DNA from: Tubiluchus corallicola
Taxonomy: Eukaryota; Animalia; Priapulida
Length of the DNA: 64,000 bases
Direction of reading: 5' to 3'
Assembly: GCA_030141605.1 (NCBI GenBank)
Contig: JAQGDQ010000056.1
Location: 372,001-436,000 of the forward strand
Shown here: positions 1 to 11,952 of the stretch, piece after piece
Layout of the letters: every line of letters begins with the position of its first letter
Numbering within the stretch: position 1 is the stretch's first letter
Notes under the pieces: model-generated
Databases searched by the model: none
What the model was told of the DNA's origin: nothing
The model's input: only the letters and a program-made list of their open reading frames with translations
Made by a program: the position numbers and the translations under genes

Positions 1-1552
1 TTGTGAAAATGAAGCCAATTACGTTCCACATACATAACAGCTTTGCAGTGGTAATTCAAGTTTATTCTGATCTAGAACAGCTCTAGCGTGAACGGGTAAT
101 ATGAGAAATCTTTGAAGTGGTCACGGACCATCGGTTTCGCGTATTCACTTGACCATATCAGAATCTTGTTTAGGTTATTAAAATCTACTTGTGCCCTTTA
201 GCTATAAAAATATAAGTTGTTTTTTTCATGCCCAAGCTTTTTGCCAGCCTTATTAAATAAATTGTTAGTTCATGTTGAAAGAGAGGTCTTACAATGAAGT
301 AAGAAGCTCATTCTTCAGTCCGCTTCAGACTGTTGGACTAAAACATTTGGCAAAATGTAATTTCCGATGCGGCTTTGGTTATGCAAGCCAAATCTAATCT
401 TGGGTAAGGGAAAGGTGTCTATGGTGACTTTCGGCTTGTATAAGTCTTTAACACTTATATAAGTACTTACATAATGTGTTTCATATCTGAGCCTAATTCA
501 GTTATTTCGCACTTATGCGACGCAGGTCTTTCACTTAAAGGCCATTGACTGTTAGAGACCAAATTAGTGCTTTTTATTATGATATGACTGTCATAACTTT
601 GGCCTATGTTGCTTTTAGCAGTAAGCAAAATCTTCAGATAATTATTTAACATAACTTTCAAGTGCCTGTGAAGTCTCGAGGTGACACTCAAGATCGGTAT
701 TAAGACTGGAGAGATCTTTGACTTTATACAACGCTGTGGTTGCAGTTATTACTCTAGGCTTGGACGGTTGTTTTAACTGCTGTTTGATTGTTTGAAGTTG
801 ATTTTACAGAATCAGAACTTACGATTTGTGACCGTGACGACAGGTCTTATGTCCGCCTGGTTTTCCGCTACAGCAATTGTTTTCCTGGTTTGTTTCCTGC
901 GTGGCGAACACGAAAATATGTCGTGTGCATTTTAAAGGCTTTTTCTTCTTTTTCCATTTCCTTATGTGAAAGACGTAAATTCGAATGTGTTAAATTAAAT
1001 AATGTTAGAATAAAGAATAATCGCTTAGTTATCCATCAGTTAGTTGTATTGTGTACAATTCACATGCGTAGTGGTATCCCTTTTTGTTTCTTTCTAACTG
1101 CTGATTATTTTACTTCTCTAGATTTGAATATCAAGTCTACATTGGCTTCAAATGTATCTCGCACCATCAAGATAGAAAAGCTTTACATTATACAAATATC
1201 TCCTGCAAAGTTTCCTTATGCGTAGAGGAATGTATATTGTGCGGCATAACCAGCTGTCGTGTTATTGTACACAATAAAAGTCCTAGTTGGACATTTGGGT
1301 ACATATTCTTTGATCACCATCATGGGTGTCCATAGAGTTGTTTGCAATGAAATTTAATAATTATTTATCTATTCTGCTTACCTAAAAATAAAATTAGTCA
1401 CATCACACAAGAAAAAAATGTGTATATGCTGTCTTTGTAATTGTTAAGCGTTTTAGCGATTTATTGAATTTGATTTAAATTTTTAAATACTTAATTAATG
1501 ATGTAATTTCTGTTTGATTTTCAGGGTGTGGTTCTTAACTAGTAATGACGCA

Positions 1553-1766
1553 ATGTCTACGGCAGTGCTGCCTTCAAACAATGATGGCAGTAATTTGTCG
1601 CTGAGTCCACCACTTGACTGTTTATCCGGAGATGACTTCACTGAGTCCTCAGCGGAATCGCCCAATAATGTTGTGTCGCCTTGTACTTCCCCTCTTGTGA
1701 CTTCTACCTCTTCGTTCACAACCACGAAAGCTGACGCACAACCTTTGTTTGGCTCTTCTAGTGAAG
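1553..1766 (+). CDS. ERR: ERR coding exon 1 (Ser/Thr/Pro-rich A/B region); exon begins at acceptor 1525
   Basis: Acceptor tttgattttcag|1525; ATG 1553 MSTAVLPSNN...FGSSSE; donor GAAG|gtaagt after 1766, phase 1, compatible with downstream exons. The frame is open back to the acceptor, so the true start could lie in an upstream exon. Confidence 0.7.
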
Positions 1767-4700
1767 GTAAGTCAGAAATTTTTTCGAAGTGTCCATCTTA
1801 CTAGGGTCCATTTTCTGTGGGTCCTGTAGGAAAATCATAGGGCTTACCGATTTTTTTCTCTAATTGTGACGTAGATGAGTGCAGTAAGTCTGGTGGTAGT
1901 TGTAGCGAGATTAAGCAACTAGTTGAACCTTTATAACCATTCCCGCACAAACCGCGTGAATGTGTATAGTGGCTATATGCGTTGGCAATTATATACTTTT
2001 TGTTACTGGTTAACAGAATTATTTTAAATCTTATTTTCCACATTTGATTATAAACTTCCTCTTACTTCAGTAGCATCCTATTAATTCTGATTGTTACTAA
2101 ATTTTTGTTGCTATTTGCAAATTTAAGAATTACGTCTAAAATTTCACGGTATTGGTTTTCGCACAAGTAAAGCTGAAAAGTTTTTCATTCAGTGAGTGCA
2201 ATAATGACATTTTTGCAAAAGAATAGTTTAAATTCATCTCGTTTGAAGCAGCTATTATTTTTGAGATTAACCGAGATTTTGTAGGGAAGTGAGACACGGG
2301 ACTTGGAACAAGTTTAATTCTGGTTGACCGTTAATCATTTTAAATGCCCCATGTTAACTTGCTATACAAATCACGCAGACTTTGAAATTAATCATTCCTG
2401 TCAGCAAAGCCAGTGATCTGTTATTGCTGCTTTATCAACACATGAAGAACATTTCGACCAAGGCCTGCCATTGACTGTGGAATTATAATTTTTATATATT
2501 CTAATATGGTAGACTGGAATGTATTATTCTGTGAATGATAGCTGAGATAATTATTTAAAAACAAAAAAACATTTTCTGCAAATTTATTAGTAAAAAAGTG
2601 ACAGTGTTTGTCTCTTTCGAGCAAAATAACACTAAACATTGGCTTTTGTAAGTCGCTTTCACAGACAACACTACAGTGCAGAGAAACACAAACGGTAATT
2701 AGTGCTTATTTACCGGCAGTGCTGTTCAGTCAACCACTTGGCTTTAAAGGCAACACCAACTGAAAAAGCGGCGTAAAATTTGAGCTTGCTATGCAGTAAA
2801 CAATTAACCTATTATTTTTATATTTAACTGCATTTTACATGAGGTTAGCGCACCGTGTTTTCCCGAAATTTTTAATGTAAACACATTTATTTAAAATGTT
2901 GGTGTTTGCTACGTCTCAGAAATATGCAAAGCAGTTATGATTTCCGATAGTAAATTATTTTCTTTAGATTTTTGTGTTGATATTTTTAGCATTGAAATAC
3001 GATTTCAGTGCATCATAATCTTAGCAAGCTTAAGCAATCCTTCAGTCATTTATACATCCTATGTGATTATAAAGCTCGTAAACGATGGCTACATAAGTAC
3101 CTGACTGATAAGCACCTGAAAATGTATTTTAAGCTAAGCCCACAATCCTTTTGTAATGAAAATTTTTCAGCACGTGTTATAGTCATTGACCCTGTCATCG
3201 TAAAGCACCTTAACATTTAATTTTGTTTCCACACCTGTGAAAATAAATTACCTTTTCAATGACTTTAATAAATGTCCTCCACACTAGAACGCATTAAAAT
3301 CGTTCCACATTAATTTGTCAATTTAATTGTGCGTCTAGTCTAGATAGTATTAACCTCCTGTTATTTCCAAAACTACTCTTGGCAAATAGGTTGAAGCGCA
3401 CAAGCAAGTATAGCAGCAAGACGGGCAGACAGATAGACAGACAGACAGATAAGCTTTTGTTCAACATAGGCATAGATCTTCTAGTAACTTCAATTGGTCC
3501 TGAGGCTTTATATGTTGCTCAGATAGTCTGGTAATTTATTGTAGATTTTGGCAGTAATTTTCAGAAGTCATCAGTAAATTAGCAGTTAAAGTCTGCTAAT
3601 TCGTTACTGGACTGTGTCACCTAGTTTTTAATATTACCGTTAATGTGATTTAAGTGATGGCGACCCTTGACCTTTATGATCTTTGCTTCGCACCATAACT
3701 TTCAGACTTTCTTTAAAAACTTAAAGCTATTTTTACTCTTATTTATACATAACTATAATAAGAAAACAATTATATACATGTATCTCATAAATTTATCTTT
3801 AAGATTTCTGACCCTTACATTTAAGTTAAATTTGGTTATGTCATATTTGCCATACAAAATTTGCGAATTCAAAACTACAAGAATTTGTTTACTAACTTTA
3901 CTTAATAGTTTGAAGAAGCGAGTAAAACTTAGTTGATAACTATAATAGCAATTACGATGATAGGTTTTTCTAGTATGGCGAAAATAAGTTATAGTGTGCG
4001 TCACTATTTTAGTGGGTAACTGTAGGTTGTGTTTCAGTTCTTCACCACTTTTGCAGCCTGTAATTATTTATTTAAAAGAATGCAACAGAACGTTAGCCCG
4101 TGTATTATACGATACCCAGATGTCCATAGATGTAGCAAATCAACACATAAAATTCGATTTTATCATGCAGACTTTTAAAATCGTTTATTGTTATTCATGA
4201 ACTTGGGAAATGGCCTCTAGCACGCTGAGAATTATTTGCCGCTGAGTCAAAATAGTAGAAAATCCATTATGGAACAATTTTTTCTTCCTCGATTTAATCT
4301 ATGTGTGTTGCATTGATTGGCACATATAGTTTGCATATATCCAGTCGATTAGCGGCCTGGATGCAAGTCAGTGTTTTATTGACGATGAGTTAACTTTTCT
4401 GTGCAGTTACAACGAAATAAGTTACTGGAATTTGCATATTATATTAAATTGGTGTTTTAGGTCTGACTTGGAAAACTATAGACTGAAAATTTAGTTCCTG
4501 CACAGTCAAGATCAGTGGCATGGATGCAATGTCTCCATATAAAAATCTGGTTCTTTGACATTGTTTGGTCCATTACTGTCATCTAAACTAAAAAACTTAT
4601 TGTCCTGTTAGAGTATTAGATTCATTTCTGCTATCTGATAAGAAAGTATTGTGAACCAATGACGTTGTTTTATTTTGATTCTGCTACCAAAGTTTAGAAA

Positions 4701-5744
4701 ATCCGTTCACTCACTCCGATGACTATTTCAGTTTCATCCACCAGTCCAATGCGATTCTTGGAATACAGCACTTTTCTTTAGATTCGAAAGAAAAACTACA
4801 GAATACATTTTGCCTGTTCTTGTTCTAAAGAAAAATACTACAGTCAGGTCAGATTATCTGGCCTTTACTTGTCAGCACGAAACCGGACTTTGTGAGTGAC
4901 ATTTTTTGCTCCAGCGGAAACCTGTTATGGTCTAATTACATTGCTTTATTTTTATTCAATACTACTTAAAAAAATGTGGTGACATTATTAAGGTTTCCAG
5001 CATAATTTCACCAATATTGAAAACTTTAGCAATGCTTTTTCAATTTAAATACACTACGGAAATACATAATACATGATGCTTTTGAGCAAACTTGACAATG
5101 GCGTGCGAATTGCTATTAGATATTAGCAATTTATTGTGATACTTTACATGAAATATCAACGCGAGTCGAGACTTAATCAAATTCTGCTCTTTTGAAACCC
5201 TTTCGGCAACGCATAATGCGTTACACGAAAAGACACTTAAATTAAAATTAGCATTTTATCATTGGCGATAATATTATGGTTTAAGGCAGTGTAGGTAATC
5301 ATGGGTGGTTAAAGGAAAGAGTTGTGTACACTGTAAAATGTGCTTTGGTATTTGTAGGAATATTTATTTTGAATGACTGACTGTACGTATTTGGGATACA
5401 GTAGTATCAAACAATGCTGTAGTACATTTAACATTAGTTACTATTGCATTCTTGGTGTTCAAGCTGCGTGTGTGAGCTGTCATTAAACTCGAATTAATTT
5501 AAAATTTAATCTAAGCCTGGAGGCGTATTTTTACGCAGAACGACCTAGATTTATGCAAACAGGCTGTGTGTTCACAGCAATTTTAACTTTTTGTAGCCTG
5601 GCAATGGATGCCATCTTGACGAAGAAATTGATCACAAATTGCTTTAAAGTGGAAATGGTTGTGGCAATTAATGTACAGACAGCGTTGATTTATGTTGTGA
5701 AATTGAACTTTTCTTGTGATAATAAATTAATTCGTTGTTTTTAG

Positions 5745-5852
5745 GGCCATATGAAGGTTCCATAGGTCCAGAGAGATCGAGGGATAAACTTCATAGGTCG
5801 GCACCTTATACAGTCATAACATCTAGACAGGTTGATCGGCCTTTAGATGAAG
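5745..5852 (+). CDS. ERR: ERR coding exon 2 (108 bp, symmetric phase 1-1), missed by the ORF track
   Basis: ttgtttttag|GG...GAAG|gtaaga; open in the needed frame: GPYEGSIGPERSRDKLHRSAPYTVITSRQVDRPLDE. Confidence 0.7.
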
Positions 5853-6486
5853 GTAAGATGTATGAAAAAATGTCACTAAGACGTTTTAAAGTATAATGCA
5901 TACGGTTTAATTATTAATAGTCAACAGTCCCACACACCACTATTAGTTCATTTTCATCAAATACGTGTATCTTAGATCAAATAAATTAAACCAGATTACT
6001 TTCATTTCAGCACAAAAGCCATATACATAAAAATTTACATCATACAATTTAAAAAAATTACATTACACAGTACTTAAACTACTAACATTTTTGTTTCCAT
6101 GTTTCATAACTCGCCTCAAACAGGTTATCCTAATGTTAGTATATTTTTTTAATAAAAAGACGCTGCAAATAAGTCAGTAGCCACTTGAGAATGGGGGCTG
6201 CAATTAGAAGATGAAAACATAAATACACAAAATTAGTATTTTTGTATTTGATTTTATCAATTTGCTAATGAACAGGTAAATAGTGTCACATTAACATTCT
6301 GCTTTTATGGGCTTATGTTCATACTTTTCACTTTTCAACCGTAGCACCTTGCCTTGAGAGTGGTCAGTTGGTCACTGGCTTTATTGTTGATGATTTGGTG
6401 TAAAGAGCTTTTAGGTGTTGCCTTTCCCAAATTACAAAAAAATTATGCATTTTTTGAGAATGTGCCTGCCAAGTACAACTCTCACC

Positions 6487-7685
6487 GCTGCTCAGTAGGT
6501 TTGGAATAAATAAATTTGATCCTGGTAATTTTGGTACGAGGAAATTTTGGTACCAGGAAAATTGAAAGTTGTTACTAGGAATTTTTGGTACAGGGAAATT
6601 TTGGGAATTGGGAAAATTGGGTACAGGGAAAATGTGGTACTGGTAAATGCAGTACTGCCGAAATTCTGTCAAGCGTTTTTTGGTACAAGCAGATCTTTTA
6701 CAAGGTAAAAATGTTATGGAACAGGTTTGGTGCTAAGAAGATTTAATGTGGAGAAAGTTTGGTACAATGAAACTTCGACACTGCGAAACTATCTTTTATA
6801 TAACCTAATCGAACTATTAAAATGGTATTGCTGCATTTGTTTTTATTTGATTTTTTTGTTTATTTATTTGTTTGTCTATTGTTTGTTATTTGCCATTGTT
6901 GTTGTTTGTCTGTTTTTTGCTCACTCTTTTGTTGTGATGATTGTCATCATCATAATCATGGCTGTCATTATTTTACTTTTATCGTTTTGTTGTTGTTGTT
7001 TTTTGCTTTTATTATTGTAGTCGCTATTATTGTTGATGTTATCGCCGTTGTTGCCATTGCTAATACTGTTGCCGCTGTTGTTGTTGTTCTTATATGTTTG
7101 TTTCTTGCTTGTTGTTTTTGTTGTCCTCATCGGCATCGTCATCATTTTTGTTGACCTTATCATTGTTATAATCATTTTTGTTGTCATTGTTACATTTGTT
7201 GTTGTTGCTGTTGGTGCTACAGTTATTGTTGTTGTTGTTTTGTTGCTATTATTGTTGTCATTATTATTGTCACTGTCGTTGCTGCTACTGCTGCTAATGT
7301 TGTTGTTGTTGTTGTTGTTGTTGTAATCGCTGTCGCTGTGGTCATGGTCTTTATTGTTTGTTTATTTGTTGCATGCTGTTTTTGGCATCATCATCTTCAT
7401 TGTTGCTGTCGTCATTGTTAAATTTGTTCTTTGATTGCTGTTGCTGTTGTAATTATTTTGTAATGAGACACAGAAAAGGTCTGTTTATGCACTACCAAAC
7501 TTTCCAATTTCAAATTTTCCTAGTACGAAAATTTCCTGATACCATATTTTCTTAGTACCAAAACCTTTTTGTACTTAAAGGTTATAGTGCCAATTTTACC
7601 TGTACAAAAATTTCCATGTAATAAAAATTCCCAGTACCAAATTTTGCCAGTGCCAAACTTGCAGGTACCAAACTTTCCTACATTC
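6487..7685. mobile_element. Foldback/Mutator-like non-autonomous element with sub-repeated inverted arms and a (TTG)n-rich core
   Basis: Left arm has arrays of ~TTTGGTAC; right arm has the complementary GTACCAAA arrays; identical 9-bp flanks ACTCTCACC at 6478-6486 and 7686-7694 (putative TSD). Confidence 0.65.
6820..7460. repeat. Degenerate (TTG/TCA)n trinucleotide low-complexity tract
   Basis: Directly visible; it generates the spurious hydrophobic ORFs at 6727-7555. Confidence 0.9.
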
Positions 7686-8926
7686 ACTCTCACCTGTCAG
7701 TTCCCATTCTTAACCCTCTCATCGCTCTCTTATTGAACGTTGATACCTTTCAATCCGATTTGGATTCACGTTGACTGATTCGAAAGTAGCTTAAAGATAA
7801 AAGATGTTTTTCTGTGAAGAAGAATAGCGTTAATTTCGTGCTGCTGATATAAGCCAATGTAAGTGATCGCTTAAACTCAAGTTATCTTTGGAATCGGTTT
7901 GTTAGCAATATAGAAGATTCTGTATTTGAAATTTTAGCATTTGAAATGTTTGGTGCTACTAAAACATTCCTGATTTGTAGTTATACATCAGTATAGAATT
8001 GTATGTAATTTGCGTAAAAAATATAAAAAGTATCAAGTGTTGTGAGCTGATTTAAATAATAACGAGTTATAGGCACGCAGGTTTTTTTCGGTTTTTGCGA
8101 GTTGGCGACAACGAGTTATGTACAGTTTTCGCGCTCATAAATTGCACATTATAACATATTATCATACGTTGGCGAAAACGGAAAATTTTCAATATTAGTG
8201 GCGAGTTCATGCATCAGGTTTTTTTACAGTTTTAATAAACTGGCTTTGCGAATCTTGTTTTCCAATGGATGGTAACCAACAATGGATCGCGTCATTTCAG
8301 ATTAGCATATTTTAATATTGCGCTGAATTGCTGGCGAATTTCTTTTGGCTTATTGCAAGGCGTGATTAGTTACAAAATAAAAAAGTACGAATTCGTGTAA
8401 GCTGTTAGAGGATATTATAAGCTTCGCACTTGCTTTCGTTTTTGCATAAAAAATAAGTTGATATAATTAGACAAAAATGTTGACTGTATTTGCATTGAAA
8501 GCTTATAGCTCTGATTGGGCTGTTAGCGCGGTTAGTTGCTCTGGCTGGTGTTCTTGCCAGAAACATGCGACATATAAATTATTGTAATTGGGAAGAGCGC
8601 ATTGTGTAGATTTGTGTATTTCCGCTCGACTTATCGAGAAAAGCTGGACAAAACGTGAGCAGAAAGTTCGAGCTTTAGCTGCGCTGAACTCCATGCAGCA
8701 CACTGTTATAATGTATAGTAGCTACTTGTGTAACGTTTAAATGATTACTTCATCAAGGATTTGATGCTTGATATAAATGATTCCTTATAAAACGCTCTTC
8801 TCCTCAAGGAGTGGCCCTAAGAATTTTACCTGGTCCGTTAATTGGTCTAATGGAATAAACACCGTTTTTGTGTCTTTTTTTTGTTAATATGAAGTTTATG
8901 GTGAGCATTCATATACCTTCAGGCTA

Positions 8927-8993
8927 ATGAATCTGCGTTATCAAAACGTGCGGTGTATTTGTGTTGGTTTCCCTTTCCCAGTGCACTTTCCAG
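8927..8993 (+). CDS. ERR: Candidate alternative first coding exon of ERR
   Basis: ATG 8927 MNLRYQNVRCICVGFPFPVHFP+G ends at a strong donor CAG|gtaaga in phase 1, in frame with the exon at 11185; CpG-richer, promoter-like region upstream. Confidence 0.45.
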
Positions 8994-9339
8994 GTAAGAG
9001 ATGTTGCTCTTGTTATTTTTTCTAGAAATTCTGTGACTGCTTTTTGTTGAATTTCTGTTATTCATTTCTAACATTGTTTTAGCTGCTTAATCATTGTGTT
9101 TATCGCCATCATTAACATTGCTATCGTACATTGTCATTTTTCATCATACGTTTCGCTATCATCATTTTCAACATAATCATCAGCATAACCATTGTCAGCA
9201 TAACTACTGTCGTTGTTTTCGTCACTGCTATCATTATTGTACATACATCTTCGTAACGTAGTAAAAGTCGTCTACCCCATTTTCATGCGAATGTTCATAT
9301 TATTTACAAAGTAGTACTTTCCCAGGCAATTTTAACCAA

Positions 9340-9410
9340 AGATGGATAACGAACTTTTGGCCAAAGCTTGGTTGATAAATAGATGGATGACCACCTGGAA
9401 TGCTGCTTTT
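9340..9410 (+). pseudogene. Possible degenerate 5S rRNA-derived fragment (SINE3-like head)
   Basis: gcttggttgataaatagatggatgaccacctggaatgc resembles 5S ...GGTTAGTACTTGGATGGGTGACCGCCTGGGAATAC, with many mismatches. Confidence 0.3.
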
Positions 9411-11184
9411 GAATTGTTTCAGCTGCCGTATTGCCCCTCTCTTAGGGAAAATGTGTATACATCCGAACATGGCTTGCTGATTCAGTGTCTTGTAGAATAG
9501 TCCTTAAAAATTAGCTAGATTTTGGTCCGGCCACAAATCATGTATGTTAGGTATTGTCACTGAGCACTGGATCTCACGTATTTTTAATGAAAAGTCTTTA
9601 ACGCAAGCTGGACGATTTGAGTTATTTACCAAGGGGTCCTAGTCTATCTGAGGCTACATTAAAACTTATTGCCCCCACTTTAACCCCATCAACACGTGCA
9701 TTCTGTTGACGTCGTTATTCTCTTTCCTCTCATCATTATAGTACGGCAGTGGAATTTTTTTCTTGCAGAATCAGAAATTTAGCGTCCTAATGAGCAATGA
9801 GCTCAATTAGTTTACCTGACTCTGTTCTGTGCATCAAGTTGCATGTAGCTATCTATAAAAGTTCAACATCAGCATGTAAGTTGCGCAGTTACCATCATGG
9901 CTTACCGTCTTAGCAAGTATTCTCTCTGATCGGTGTGCAAAGCAGTCAGATATTGCGCTACTTCCAGTGATTTTAATCATATAGAATTAATTAACAGCAT
10001 TGCGATAAGACTGGGAGAAAATTTAATGGAGTCGCGAAATTTTTATCGCATAAATTAATGTTTCGCGCACCTGATCAAGTTTATAAATCTACCTAGCTTT
10101 ATTAATCAGTGTGTGAATAATTTTATGAAAAAAATGGAGCTCACCTGTGATCAGAGACAAAGCTGATTGACTCAGAACAAAGTGCGGTAACTGAAAACAA
10201 CTGTTGGAGAACTCTCTGATGTGACTCTGCAAACTTGCTAGATCTGTGTGTGTAAACTCTCGAGAAGCCTACATTATTCAACCCCGCTTGTGGTGAAATA
10301 GTTCAGCAGTTGCTGTCAGATCTGTGTACCGACCAATATCATGTACTGACATGGAGTTCAGTTTGTACATATTATGTATATTGCCATGTTTACCTATATT
10401 TATACTACTTTTATAATTTATAATTAGTAATTCTATTAATAAAAAGAATAGTAGTACTAAAAAGGAGTATTATACAAGTAATAGTAAAAGAATAAGTTTA
10501 CAGTTTTACCTATACACTCGTAATTTTTCTTTGTTCGGTTTCTTGAATGGTTACCATTCAACCGGCTGATTTATTACGTGTATTGTGTTTTGTTGTTTGT
10601 GCATTATGTTGAGTTCCCCAGACGTTAAGACAAATCGATTTGTTCGCTATAAAGCGTGCATATTTAGAGTTGCGTTATTGGATTTTTGATAGTACATAGT
10701 TGTATGATCAACGAAAACGTTTAGATTATGTAACGTGCATTCTTTAGATGCCGCTGGTTTTGCTGTCTGTCTGAAAGTGGAGTAAATATTATAGCTGCTG
10801 CAAAGTACCGGTGCTGCAGTGCAAAAAAACCTTGAATTACTACAGTTTTGATAATCGTAGTACACATTAAGAGCTCTGCATTTAAAGGACAAGTACACCT
10901 ATTTATAAGTGCTAGCAAATAATATAAAACAACACTTTGTAAAGGGTAGAGACAGATGAGAGGACAGCTGTTAATTCTTGGCAGAGGTAGTGACAGAATA
11001 ATCTGTAAAATAATACAGTTGCAGATAAATAATATTTAATCTTCACAGTTGTACTGTTGTAATAATTAAAACAAAAAAGTGCAATTGTGGAAAAGAGAGC
11101 AATTTGATATTTTGATCATTGTTACTGTTGTAATTAGATATTCTGGCTTCCATGATATAACCGATTTATTGTTTGTGTTTTTAG

Positions 11185-11469
11185 GTAGACAGTCGCCCGC
11201 TGTTTTTCCGGGTTGCGATTCCGGTTTCTCCCAGGCCTCAGAGACTTCACTGTCTTCATCTGGAGAGTTCCCCTATGACCAGCTGGGGGCACCCTTGCAG
11301 ATCATGGACCACAATGGTGACAGCATTGGAGGTCCTGGTGGAGATGGATGTGGAGGCGAATTAAATATAAAGCGGATCTGTCTGGTTTGTGGAGATACTT
11401 CGTCTGGATTTCACTACGGAGTAGCGTCATGTGAAGCTTGTAAAGCATTTTTTAAAAGAACAATACAAG
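11185..11469 (+). CDS. ERR: ERR exon: end of A/B region plus first zinc finger
   Basis: ttttag|GT...CAAG|gtgggt; encodes [31 protein letters not shown], with the ERR-type P-box CEACKA. Confidence 0.96.
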
Positions 11470-11876
11470 GTGGGTATTCTTATAACTGCATTTAGCACAT
11501 TTTCAAAAATATTTATGCCTTTTACTTTTTTGAGGACATGCTTTTTAAGTTTCTAACAAAAGCAATCAAATTCAGTAAAGTATCCGAAGAAATAAAGTAT
11601 TATCATTATCCTGTTTACATAATACTTTAATTTTCATAATTTTTGTACAGTTTGGCAGAATCGACACACTGCAGGCAGTATCTAACGCTAACTGCAAAAC
11701 ATAATTATCAGACTGGTGGTTATGGTAAGGCTGAAACTTTGATCTACGTCATTGATACTTTCCTGAGATGAGATACTGAACTGGCAGAACTTTTTATCTT
11801 AGCCACACTTCGACATATCTTACCCCAATGAGATAAATAGTTAAAAATAGTATAATAGATAATAGATAAAACCGCT

Positions 11877-11952
11877 CAGAAGCGATTATTCAGGCTCCCT
11901 CTCTCATTCGTTTGCTAACTAAGCCAATGTTGCTTAAATTCGGTTACTCGGC
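11877..11952 (-). pseudogene. Degenerate 5S rRNA-derived fragment (SINE3-like)
   Basis: Minus strand ggccgagtaaccgaatttaagcaacattggcttagttagc resembles invertebrate 5S gtccgatcaccgaagttaagcaacgtcgggcc.ggttagta (box A region). Confidence 0.45.

Noticed and set aside
788-1225. 145-aa ORF upstream of ERR
   Set aside because: Non-ATG start, no recognisable domain; more likely ERR promoter, 5' UTR or intron sequence.
6727-7555. Several hydrophobic 'membrane protein' ORFs
   Set aside because: Translations of the (TTG)n-like tract inside a repeat element; open in multiple frames.
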